From Fidelibacterota bacterium (lineage in GTDB: Bacteria > Fidelibacterota > Marinisomatia > Marinisomatales > S15-B10), in contig JBJKZS010000104.1 of the NCBI GenBank assembly GCA_045569115.1, forward strand, positions 1-57,347: a stretch of 57,347 nt of DNA, written 5' to 3'. Position 1 is the stretch's first letter, and the number at the start of each line of letters is the position of its first letter. Shown here in pieces: positions 47,775 through 56,418 of this stretch. The notes under the pieces were generated by a model that was not told where the DNA came from, ran no database searches, and saw only the letters and a list, made by a program, of their open reading frames with translations. The translations under genes and the position numbers were made by a program.

Positions 47775-48767
47775 CTATGAGAGCCTAAGATTGGGGATAA
47801 CTTGATAGGAGTCAAATCGATGTAATTTTTTCTTTAAATAAATCTCTCCTAAGAATGCTATCATGGCTGCGTTATCCGTACATAGTTCAATTTTTGGATA
47901 AAGTATCTTTGAATCTAAAAAGTCTTTATCAGCTTTTTCTCTCAATAATTTATTTGCAGCTACTCCTCCTCCAATTAAGGCTACTCTAATTTTTGTTTTA
48001 TCAATAGCAAGACGAAGCTTTGATAGAAGAATATCAACAATTGCGAATTGATAACTTGCCGCAATATCACTTAACATCTTTTGGGATAACTCTCCATCAT
48101 TTAGTTCAACATATCTTAGAAGGGAAGTTTTCAAACCACTAAAACTGAATTCAACAGTATTAGATTGAAAAAAGGCACGTGGAAAATTAACCGCTTCCTT
48201 ATCGCCACCAATTGCTGCTTTTTCAATTGCTACTCCACCTGGATATCCCAAACCTAGAATTCTAGCGCCTTTATCAAATGCTTCACCTGCCGCATCATCT
48301 CTTGTTTCTCCTATCAATTCATATTTTCCAACAGCTTCTACTTTCCAAATTTGTGTGTGTCCACCTGAAACAAGTAAACAAAGAAAAGGGAATTGTAATT
48401 CAGGATATGCGATAAAGTTTGCGAAAATATGCGCTTCCATATGGTTTATACCAATAAAAGGAATTTTTAATCCTAATGATAGTCCTCTAGCAAAACTAAC
48501 ACCTGTCAAAAGTGAGCCCATAAGTCCAGGTCCCCTTGTAACTGCAACTCCCTGCAATTCACTTTTATTGAATGGGCTTCTATTGATAGCCTCTTGGACA
48601 GTTTTTAATATTAAACGTTCATGAGCTCTAGAAGCGATCTCTGGCACTACGCCACCATATAAAGCATGTTGTTCTTGTGAGGCCACTACAGATGATAATA
48701 TTTCTCCATCTTTACAAACTGCCGCAGCCGTTTCGTCACATGAAGTCTCAATACCCAGTACTATCAT
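47775..48767 (-). CDS. tsaD: tRNA N6-adenosine threonylcarbamoyltransferase
   Basis: MIVLGIETSCDETAAAV.., the HMEAH metal site, and ..LLVSGGHT... Confidence 0.95.
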   Translation of the reverse strand: MIVLGIETSCDETAAAVCKDGEILSSVVASQEQHALYGGVVPEIASRAHERLILKTVQEAINRSPFNKSELQGVAVTRGPGLMGSLLTGVSFARGLSLGLKIPFIGINHMEAHIFANFIAYPELQFPFLCLLVSGGHTQIWKVEAVGKYELIGETRDDAAGEAFDKGARILGLGYPGGVAIEKAAIGGDKEAVNFPRAFFQSNTVEFSFSGLKTSLLRYVELNDGELSQKMLSDIAASYQFAIVDILLSKLRLAIDKTKIRVALIGGGVAANKLLREKADKDFLDSKILYPKIELCTDNAAMIAFLGEIYLKKKLHRFDSYQVIPNLRLS

Positions 48768-49744
48768 TCAGGTAAACGTCGTATAGTTAACTCAACTGTC
48801 TTGGGAGACAGGTCACTCCACTGCAATACATCATCTGGCACATTCACAGAAGGATCATGAGATAACTGACCTTCATTTAATTCATTAAAATCAACTGAAA
48901 CATAAATATCATTTGGCTTTAATGATGCAATGAAATCGACACCACCAGTTACGGTAAGTGAAACAGTAGACGGGTTTGCAAATGCAATAATTTCTTTTGG
49001 GATATGAAGGATATTAACTGGTACTTCAGATATTATTCTTTCACCAATACTTTGAATTTCAGCTTCAAATACAACCGCTGTATCTGATGACTCTACAACT
49101 CTAGGAAAATCTAAGATAAGGTCAATTCTAGATTTGATTGGTAATTCTACTTGACTAAATATCATTTTTGTTGTTGCTAATTGATTAACATTCCTAATTA
49201 TTTCTCGAGGCCCTTTCAATTCGATTGTCTCTGGATATATTTTTCCTTTCCCAACCATAATAAATCCGGCTAATGGTTCAACCCTCACAAGAGATTGAAC
49301 AGATACAGGTTTAATCATATAGTCATCAAGAGATATATGAATAGAATCAGGCTGAACAATTTCAACAAAGTCAAGTTCAAAACTAGCTGGAACAACTACT
49401 TTTTGGCTATATCTATCAAAATAATCATTTAGATAAAAATTGTATTCAGTACTTACTCTTTCCAAGTCTAGGACTAGTTTGAAATCTGATATTGATTTCA
49501 ACAATAATGTTTTCAAAAACGCCCTTCCTGTAGCATTGAATCGGACCTCCGCAGTAGGAGCTACTTCACCACCTAATGTTTTACCTTCACGTATATTTCT
49601 GACTTCAATTGGCATTTCAACAACATAATTATAGCGGTGCTCTGAGATAACGAAAATCCATAACGTAACAGCAAAAAAAAAGGCACCGAACCAAATTGGA
49701 AAGCGCCCTTTCTGAACTTTTTTAGAAAGTGTTGGTGGAGTCAT
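48764..49744 (-). CDS. YbbR-like domain membrane protein
   Basis: N-terminal TM helix followed by repeated roughly 80-aa beta-rich modules (..VEMPIEVRNI.., ..TVSLTVTGG..) like YbbR/CdaR. Confidence 0.5.
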   Translation of the reverse strand: MTPPTLSKKVQKGRFPIWFGAFFFAVTLWIFVISEHRYNYVVEMPIEVRNIREGKTLGGEVAPTAEVRFNATGRAFLKTLLLKSISDFKLVLDLERVSTEYNFYLNDYFDRYSQKVVVPASFELDFVEIVQPDSIHISLDDYMIKPVSVQSLVRVEPLAGFIMVGKGKIYPETIELKGPREIIRNVNQLATTKMIFSQVELPIKSRIDLILDFPRVVESSDTAVVFEAEIQSIGERIISEVPVNILHIPKEIIAFANPSTVSLTVTGGVDFIASLKPNDIYVSVDFNELNEGQLSHDPSVNVPDDVLQWSDLSPKTVELTIRRLPE

Positions 49745-49772
49745 ATTGCCACTAGCTTAAATCTGAAAAAAA

Positions 49773-51734
49773 CTACTCGGAGATTTCAGGATCTCCATTT
49801 TCATCTTCTTTCACATTGTCTTCACTAATATCAGTTTTTTTTTCAGGTGCATCTTCAGCTAAAGCTACATCATTAATTTCAGCATTTGAATCTGATTCCT
49901 CAGAATCAATTTCCTTGTCAGCCTTTGAAGATTTAGTTGAAATAGCATCAGCTTCTATAAAAGACAATAATACTTTCTTTTCTTCAGGCCTAACCTCAAC
50001 TACTTCACAAAGCATATCATCTTCAGGCTTCAGAGTTTCCATTTGATCTTTTGTTTTTGAGGATAAGGAATCCGAAACTATAATTCCTTCAACATCTTTT
50101 TCAAGGCCAATAATGATACCTTTATCTAGAACACGAATAACCTTTCCATTAACTGATTTTCCAATACTAAAGTGAGCAATGATATCATCCCAAGGATCTT
50201 CAGAAGCCTGCTTCAGACCAAGTCCAATACGATGATTCTCTCTAGAGACCTCAAGAACTTTGATATCGACTTTATCTCCTTTCTTAAGAATTTCTTTAGG
50301 GTGATGAACCACTTTCGTCCATGAAAGATCAGAAACATGGATTAATCCATCAACACCCTCTTCTAGCTCTACAAAAGCACCAAACTGGGTAAGGTTTCGA
50401 ACAGTACCTTTTAATAATGAACCTATCGCATAGCGTTCCTCAACACCCTCCCATGGGTCAGGTTGGAGCTGTTTAAACCCTAGAGCAATTTTACGTTCTT
50501 TAGAATCAATACTCAATACTTGAGCCTCAACTTCTTGACCCATCTGAACTACCTCATCTGGCCTATGAACACTCCTTATCCAAGACATCTCTGAGACATG
50601 AACCAGGCCTTCCACACCTGTCTCTAATTCAACAAAAGCCCCGTAATTCGTTAGACTAACAATTTTACCAGAAATATTTGTTCCTATTGGATACTTACTT
50701 TCTACATTTTCCCAAGGATGCGGAGCAAGTTGTTTTAATCCTAATGAAATACGATGTTTATCCTTATCAATATCAATAATTTTAACGCTAATTGTTTCTC
50801 CAACATCAGTCACTTCTGAAGGATGATTAACCCTGCCCCAAGAAAGATCAGTTATATGTAGAAGACCATCTATGCCTCCAAGATCAATGAAAACACCAAA
50901 GTCAGTTATATTTTTTACTACACCTTCAATGATTTGCCCTTTGGAAATATCATCAAAAAGTGATTCTCTTTGCTCTCGCATTGAATTACTTAACAAGGCT
51001 TTTCTTGATAACACTACATTTTTTCGAAGTTGATTGATCTTAACAATTTTAAATTCCATTTCTTGGCCTATATAGCTTTCAAAATCTGTGACTGGCCTAA
51101 CATCTAATTGAGAACCTGGCAAAAAGGCTTGAATACCTTCTAGATCCACAACGAAACCACCTTTAATGCGCCGAATTATAGCACCATTAACCGTACCATC
51201 CTCCTTTTGGACTTGCATAAGCTTAATCCAACCCTTCATCCAAACAGCTTTCTCTTTGGATAAGACAGTTTGCCCGTTTACATCCTCTATTTTCTCCAGA
51301 AAAACTTCAATCGTATCTCCCATATTTGGTGGCTCGTTCCCACTAAACTCAGATCTAGGAATAATACCTTCAGACTTAAAACCAATATCCATAATTATTT
51401 CTTTTTCGTTCTGGCCAATAACCCGACCCGTAATTATCTGGTTTTGTGCAATATCTGAGAATGTTCCAATATATTTACCCATTTTTTCTTCAGAAATGGA
51501 ATTTGAAGGATCATTACCTTCTTCTATTTCAGAAGACTCTACAATACGAATACCTGTCATTAAACTTGGATCTAAATAATCTTTTGTAAAATCTTTAAGG
51601 TCAATATCCGTAGATTTTTCCTCTGTATTGTTCAATTCAATATTTTCATTTTTTGATTCAACTTCGTTTTCATTTTCTATTGTATCTGTTGAACTATTTA
51701 CAATTTTTTCTTCTGTTAATGATTCTTGAGTCAC
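49773..51734 (-). CDS. rpsA: 30S ribosomal protein S1 with acidic N- and C-terminal extensions
   Basis: Six S1/OB repeats (..GRVIGQ.., ..GAIIRRIKGGFVVDL.., ..GVVKNITDFGVFIDL.., ..GKIVSLTNYGAFVEL.., ..GTVRNLTQFGAFVEL.., ..GKVIRVLDKGIIIGL..). They are flanked by about 95 aa and about 60 aa of Glu/Asp/Asn/Ser-rich tails. Confidence 0.93.
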   Translation of the reverse strand: MTQESLTEEKIVNSSTDTIENENEVESKNENIELNNTEEKSTDIDLKDFTKDYLDPSLMTGIRIVESSEIEEGNDPSNSISEEKMGKYIGTFSDIAQNQIITGRVIGQNEKEIIMDIGFKSEGIIPRSEFSGNEPPNMGDTIEVFLEKIEDVNGQTVLSKEKAVWMKGWIKLMQVQKEDGTVNGAIIRRIKGGFVVDLEGIQAFLPGSQLDVRPVTDFESYIGQEMEFKIVKINQLRKNVVLSRKALLSNSMREQRESLFDDISKGQIIEGVVKNITDFGVFIDLGGIDGLLHITDLSWGRVNHPSEVTDVGETISVKIIDIDKDKHRISLGLKQLAPHPWENVESKYPIGTNISGKIVSLTNYGAFVELETGVEGLVHVSEMSWIRSVHRPDEVVQMGQEVEAQVLSIDSKERKIALGFKQLQPDPWEGVEERYAIGSLLKGTVRNLTQFGAFVELEEGVDGLIHVSDLSWTKVVHHPKEILKKGDKVDIKVLEVSRENHRIGLGLKQASEDPWDDIIAHFSIGKSVNGKVIRVLDKGIIIGLEKDVEGIIVSDSLSSKTKDQMETLKPEDDMLCEVVEVRPEEKKVLLSFIEADAISTKSSKADKEIDSEESDSNAEINDVALAEDAPEKKTDISEDNVKEDENGDPEISE

Positions 51735-51741
51735 TATTTAA

Positions 51742-52410
51742 TTATCTCTCCTTTTTTTCTAACCGTTCTTTAGCATGAGTAACGATTAGATCTATTTGTT
51801 GATTAATTGTCATTGTAGTTGTGTTTACTTCTATAGCATCAACTGCTTTCTTTAAGGGAGAAAGTTCCCTTGAAGAATCCAGTTCATCACGTAATTTTAA
51901 GTCTTGAACAATCTGTTCTAATTCTCTTTCAACATTAAGCTTAAGTAAATCTTTACACCTACGTTTTGCCCTTTCAGTAATTTCAGCAATCATAAAAAAT
52001 TTTATGTCGGCATCAGGAAATACTACTGTACCAATATCCCTACCTTCAACAATTGAATCTCTCTCTCCAGCTATTTTTCGCTGAAGTTGAACCATTTTCT
52101 CTCTGACGTGAGGCAAAGCACTTACAGCACTAACATTAGAAGTAACCTTTTCCCCTCTAATTTCATGAGAAATATCTTTTCCATTCAAAAAAACTCGTGA
52201 GCCAATTCTATCAAAATCAATTTCAATTGAGGCTACACAAGACTTAATTGCTTTTTCATCCTTAAGATCTATAGAATCTGAAAGAACGGCCATCGTGACA
52301 GCACGATACATAGCACCAGTATCCAGATAAAGAAAACCAAGTTTCGAAGCAACATTGCGAGCTGTAGTACTTTTTCCAGAACCAGCCAGACCATCAATTG
52401 CAATAATCAA
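51742..52410 (-). CDS. cmk: Cytidylate kinase
   Basis: IIAIDGLAGSGKST P-loop and ..LDTGAMYR... The classic cmk-rpsA adjacency is present. Confidence 0.94.
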   Translation of the reverse strand: MIIAIDGLAGSGKSTTARNVASKLGFLYLDTGAMYRAVTMAVLSDSIDLKDEKAIKSCVASIEIDFDRIGSRVFLNGKDISHEIRGEKVTSNVSAVSALPHVREKMVQLQRKIAGERDSIVEGRDIGTVVFPDADIKFFMIAEITERAKRRCKDLLKLNVERELEQIVQDLKLRDELDSSRELSPLKKAVDAIEVNTTTMTINQQIDLIVTHAKERLEKKER

Positions 52411-52503
52411 CAGGAAACTCCTGAAAAGGATAAGTCATTATTGAGTAAACTATCTTTCAAATAGCTAAGTAATATAGCTTTACTAGAATAACTGCACAAA
52501 ATG

Positions 52504-53241
52504 TTAAGCTTTTCCTTTCTGGAGTCTTGAAATATCGATATTATTAAGAAAATTGTATTCTTCATCTGTCAATTGGCGTGAAGCACCAATGGGAAGATTT
52601 CCTAAATTGATCCCAGCGAATGTAACTCGGTGAAGAGATTGAAGCTTAAGACCAATTACTTTAAAGATTCTTCTAATTTCTCGCTTTTTTCCATGATGTA
52701 GCCTCAATGAAATAATTATTTTTCCTTTAACTAAAGTTTGTCGAATTATAAGTGCGCGTCCAATCTCTTGGCTTCCTATATCAACTCCTGAAGTTATTAA
52801 TTTTATTTCTGAATAGGTAAGTTGGCGATCTACTTCAGCTTCATAAGTTTTCTCTATTGCAAATTTTGGATGTGTAAGACAGTAAGCTAAGTGTCCATCA
52901 TCGGTAAGAAGAAGAATTCCTGTCGTTTCTTTATCAAGTCTGCCTACAGGAAAAAGTCTCCTATTTATTTTAGGTATAATATCCAGAACAGTTTTTCTCG
53001 AGTGTGTATCTTTAGCAGTAGTAATAATACCAGATGGTTTGTTTAAAACGAGGGTAGTTTGGTTATTAGGAGGAAGAATAGGCCTACCATCAAAATCTAT
53101 AGAATCTTTTTTTGAAAGGATTCTGAATGGATTAGTTTCTTTCTCTCCATTTATTGAAATTCTTCCACTTCTAATTATTAATTCACATTTCCGGCGAGAA
53201 TCAACACCACAACTTGATAAATATCTAATCAATCGAACCAT
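52504..53241 (-). CDS. RsuA/RluB-family 23S/16S rRNA pseudouridine synthase
   Basis: S4 domain (MVRLIRYLSSCGVDSRRKCELIIRSGRISINGE) and the catalytic VGRLDKETTGILLLTDDG motif. Start moved from 53280 to 53241. Confidence 0.85.
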   Translation of the reverse strand: MVRLIRYLSSCGVDSRRKCELIIRSGRISINGEKETNPFRILSKKDSIDFDGRPILPPNNQTTLVLNKPSGIITTAKDTHSRKTVLDIIPKINRRLFPVGRLDKETTGILLLTDDGHLAYCLTHPKFAIEKTYEAEVDRQLTYSEIKLITSGVDIGSQEIGRALIIRQTLVKGKIIISLRLHHGKKREIRRIFKVIGLKLQSLHRVTFAGINLGNLPIGASRQLTDEEYNFLNNIDISRLQKGKA

Positions 53242-53827
53242 CTGAAAGTGAAGATTCTGAAATATATTTATTCTCGCCACTACCTTCAGCTATTAGTTCG
53301 GATATTTCCTTAAGTTTAGGTAGATCAGCTGTAGAGTTAAGTCCAAAAGATAAAAGAAAAGCTTCTGTAATTGAATACAACAAAGGTCTTCCAGGCCCTT
53401 TCCCACGTCCATTTATTTTCACTAGTTTTTTGTCAAGCAGAGTCTTAATAACCCCTGCAGAATTAACACCTCTTATACTTTCTATCTCAGCTCTGCTAGC
53501 AGGTCCTTTATAGGCTATAATGGATAAACTCTCAAGCGCAGCTTGAGAAAGAGAGGTCTTCCCAGAGCGAGATAAAAGTCTTTGGATCCATGGAGCAAAT
53601 TCGGGAAGGCTCGACAACCTAAAACCACCCGCCACATTATCTATAAAAAATGCTCGTCCATTTTTTTTATATTGTTCTTGGAGATATTTGATACCATCAG
53701 ACAGAACAGGAGCTAATCCACCATCAAAACAAAGGTTTAATTTTGATTGAGTTAAAATATCTTCGCTAGCAAAAAGAAGAGCTTCAATAATTTGTATTTC
53801 TTTATCTGAAATTTTAGCCTTTACCAT
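53225..53827 (-). CDS. scpB: Segregation and condensation protein B
   Basis: 200 aa with ..IEALLFASEDILT.. and ..AALESLSIIAYKGPASRAEIESIRGVNS.. double winged-helix signatures. Confidence 0.9.
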   Translation of the reverse strand: MVKAKISDKEIQIIEALLFASEDILTQSKLNLCFDGGLAPVLSDGIKYLQEQYKKNGRAFFIDNVAGGFRLSSLPEFAPWIQRLLSRSGKTSLSQAALESLSIIAYKGPASRAEIESIRGVNSAGVIKTLLDKKLVKINGRGKGPGRPLLYSITEAFLLSFGLNSTADLPKLKEISELIAEGSGENKYISESSLSDGSID

Positions 53828-53830
53828 TGA

Positions 53831-54553
53831 TTAAACCTTAATTTTTTCGAGAAGAATATCATCAAAAAGATTTTTTTGTTGTACCCTTATATGACCATCA
53901 CGAATTAATTCAAGAACTGCAATAAATGTTACAACTAGATCCTGACGAGAGGAGAATTTCGGAAAAAGCTCCGAAAACAATATCTGATTTTTCCCAACAA
54001 AATAACTAAGAATCAGCGCCAATTTCTCTTTAATCTTGATCTCCTCTTTTTCAACATCATATTGAAGTGGTGGAGGTATACTTTCAAGTAGTTTATTAAA
54101 TATATTCACAATCTCAAAAATAGTTACATCCTCAAGGTAGAACTCTGGATACTCTACTTCTAAATCTTTATCTTTACTTGAAAAAGAATATTGAAATTTT
54201 TTACTTTGCAGATTACCCATCTCAGACAAATTGTTAGCCACTTCTTTATAACGTTGATATTCAAGGAGTCGTTGTACTAATGCTGTCCTAGGGTCTTCAA
54301 AAGCTTCGTCGTCTTCTTCAATAATTGAGGGTAAAAGCATCTTTGCCTTTATACGCATGAGCGTAGCAGCCATTAATATAAAATCACCAGCAAAGCTTAT
54401 ATTTAGTTTTTGAACTGCTTCAATGAATGAAAGATACTCCTCAGTTATATGAGAAATGGGGATATCCATAATATCAATCTCATCTCTTCTAATAAAAAAA
54501 AGTAGTAAATCTAGAGGTCCAGCAAAATTTTCTAGTTCTATTTGATAATTCAC
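53831..54553 (-). CDS. scpA: Segregation and condensation protein A
   Basis: 240 aa with ..FAGPLDLLLFFIRRDEIDIMDIPISHITEEYL.. at the N-terminus. Confidence 0.9.
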   Translation of the reverse strand: MNYQIELENFAGPLDLLLFFIRRDEIDIMDIPISHITEEYLSFIEAVQKLNISFAGDFILMAATLMRIKAKMLLPSIIEEDDEAFEDPRTALVQRLLEYQRYKEVANNLSEMGNLQSKKFQYSFSSKDKDLEVEYPEFYLEDVTIFEIVNIFNKLLESIPPPLQYDVEKEEIKIKEKLALILSYFVGKNQILFSELFPKFSSRQDLVVTFIAVLELIRDGHIRVQQKNLFDDILLEKIKV

Positions 54554-54555
54554 AT

Positions 54556-55533
54556 CTAGCAGTATTCTAGGCCGGTCTTTTTTCTAACGGAGTCAATATA
54601 CGGCTCAGCAATAGACCTAGCTTTTTCAGCCCCTTTCTTGAGAATTTTTATTACAACTTCATCATCACTAAAAATATTTTTTCTTCTATCTCTGTAGAGT
54701 TCAAAAAAATCCCAAATCACATCAATTAATTCTTTCTTTATATCTACATATTTTAAACCAGGGCTATGAAACCTACCCATTAAATCTGACTTGCCAGCAT
54801 CATCAAGAAAAAGTGAGTAAATCTTGAATAGAGTATTTTTTTCGGTTTCCTTTGGTTTATCAGGAGGTGTGTTATCTGTTATAATACCCATGACTTTTTT
54901 GGCCAGAGAATCTTTTTCACTAAAAATTTCAATAGTATTTCCATAAGATTTTGACATCTTTTGACCATCAGTGCCAGGGATCAGTCCTGTAGAATTACTA
55001 ATGAGGGGCTTTGGAATCACAAATGTTTTTCCATAAATAGCGTTAAACTTTGTTGCTATATCCCTAGTTATTTCTATATGTTGCTTCTGGTCTTTTCCAA
55101 CAGGGACTATCTCAGCCCCAAAAAGAAGTATATCCGCTGTCATCAAAACAGGATAACTGAAAAGCCCATGATTAGCTTGGATTCCTCTATTTATTTTGTC
55201 CTTATATGATGTTGCTCTCTCTAGCATACCTACATTTGTTACATTATTTAGGACCCATGTTAACTCAGTTACTTCTGGCAAATCTGATTGCACCCAAAAT
55301 ATAGACTTATTAGAGTTGAGACCAAGCGCAAGAAAATCCGCTGCTGCATTTAACGTGTTTTGTCTCAGTGATAAACCATCATTTTGAGATGTTAGAGCAT
55401 GATAGTTTGGAAGAAAACAAAACAAGTCATTATGCATTTGAAGATCAATCATTGGCTTCATCATGCCAAAATAATTTCCTATGTGAAGATTCCCCGAAGG
55501 CTGAATACCACTAAGAATACGCTTTTTCTTCAA
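54556..55533 (-). CDS. trpS: Tryptophanyl-tRNA synthetase
   Basis: SGIQPSGNLHIGNYFG (HIGH-type) and KMSKS motifs. I favour the TTG start at 55533 (TTGA overlap with the upstream stop), giving (M)KKKRILSGIQPSG. The track start at 55587 adds 18 atypical residues. Confidence 0.93.
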   Translation of the reverse strand: MKKKRILSGIQPSGNLHIGNYFGMMKPMIDLQMHNDLFCFLPNYHALTSQNDGLSLRQNTLNAAADFLALGLNSNKSIFWVQSDLPEVTELTWVLNNVTNVGMLERATSYKDKINRGIQANHGLFSYPVLMTADILLFGAEIVPVGKDQKQHIEITRDIATKFNAIYGKTFVIPKPLISNSTGLIPGTDGQKMSKSYGNTIEIFSEKDSLAKKVMGIITDNTPPDKPKETEKNTLFKIYSLFLDDAGKSDLMGRFHSPGLKYVDIKKELIDVIWDFFELYRDRRKNIFSDDEVVIKILKKGAEKARSIAEPYIDSVRKKTGLEYC

Positions 55534-56066
55534 GCAAGAGCTCCTTTCTTCATAGGCTCCATATATAAATACGGTCTCCAAGCACATTGATCTCTTTTAA
55601 TAAATTGTCTAATATAATGTATTCTTGTAGGTTTTTTTGGATAACGCGACAACTTTTTTCCTGCTTCATCTGGGGTTCGATTACCTTTCGACCTATTACA
55701 AGCATGACAACAACATACTAGGTTATCCCAGGATTCTGGGCCTCCCCGCTCTTTCGGAACTACATGATCCAAGGTCATTGGCAAACTACGTCTACCACAA
55801 TATTGACATTGATGCCGATCTCTTTTCAAGATATTTTTCCTTGATAAAACGATATTGTTTTCCTTTACTTTAATAAATTTGTCAAGCTTTACTACGCTTG
55901 GCAAGGGAATCACTACTGATGGTGAATGAACAGTTTCTCTATATTTTTCTATGATTTCTACCTTTCCTAGATAAACCAATAAAATTGCCCTTCTTGCTGA
56001 ACAAACCAGAAGAGGGTGATAATTCTGATTTAATACGAGAACTTGCCTGTTTAGTATACCATGCAT
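55530..56066 (-). CDS. Stand-alone HNH endonuclease-domain protein (COG1403/McrA-like)
   Basis: 178 aa with RDRHQCQYCGRR..LDHVVPKERGGPESWDNLVCCCHACNRSKGN, an HNH/zinc-finger core. Confidence 0.85.
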   Translation of the reverse strand: MHGILNRQVLVLNQNYHPLLVCSARRAILLVYLGKVEIIEKYRETVHSPSVVIPLPSVVKLDKFIKVKENNIVLSRKNILKRDRHQCQYCGRRSLPMTLDHVVPKERGGPESWDNLVCCCHACNRSKGNRTPDEAGKKLSRYPKKPTRIHYIRQFIKRDQCAWRPYLYMEPMKKGALA

Positions 56067-56210
56067 TTTTCTTTTTCGATAATTAACAATGTTTTTTTCG
56101 TTTAATCTTTCTAGTTATGGTGGAATTTATCTTGATGTACAGAGCCAATCAAGATAAAAGCCATTGTTTATTGACGACAAAAAAGATAGATTCTTCATAT
56201 TGAAAAGTTG

Positions 56211-56363
56211 ATTAGGTAGGGAAACCCGTTAGATTCGGGTGCAGCCCCGCTACTGTGAGTGCTAAGTACACTTCAATTCCATAAGGAAAGTCACTGTCTA
56301 CAAGTTATGTAGATGGGAAGGCGAAGTAGTACGTTAAAGCATAAGTCAGGATATCTACCTAAT
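56211..56363 (+). promoter_or_regulatory. Cobalamin (B12) riboswitch
   Basis: P1 arms are ATTAGGTAG (56211-56219) and CTACCTAAT (56355-56363). The conserved core is GGGAAACCCGTTAGATTCGGGTGCAGCCCCGCTACTGT, with an AAGTCACTG element and a B12-box-like AAGTCAGGATATCTACC. It lies about 55 nt upstream of a TonB-dependent receptor start. Confidence 0.88.
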
Positions 56364-56418
56364 TCAAATTCTCGATTCTGTTTATTTGCAGAATAACTTT
56401 CGAGGGAAAGGAGAGGAA

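Noticed and set aside
56119-56205. 28-codon plus-strand ORF (MVEFILMYRANQDKSHCLLTTKKIDSSY) upstream of the riboswitch, and a roughly 39-codon ORF at about 17861-17980 upstream of the CoA-binding gene, both considered as leader peptides.
   Set aside because: There is no conservation evidence available, no RBS-like sequence, and the composition is typical of random AT-rich ORFs. The riboswitch alone explains regulation of the receptor.
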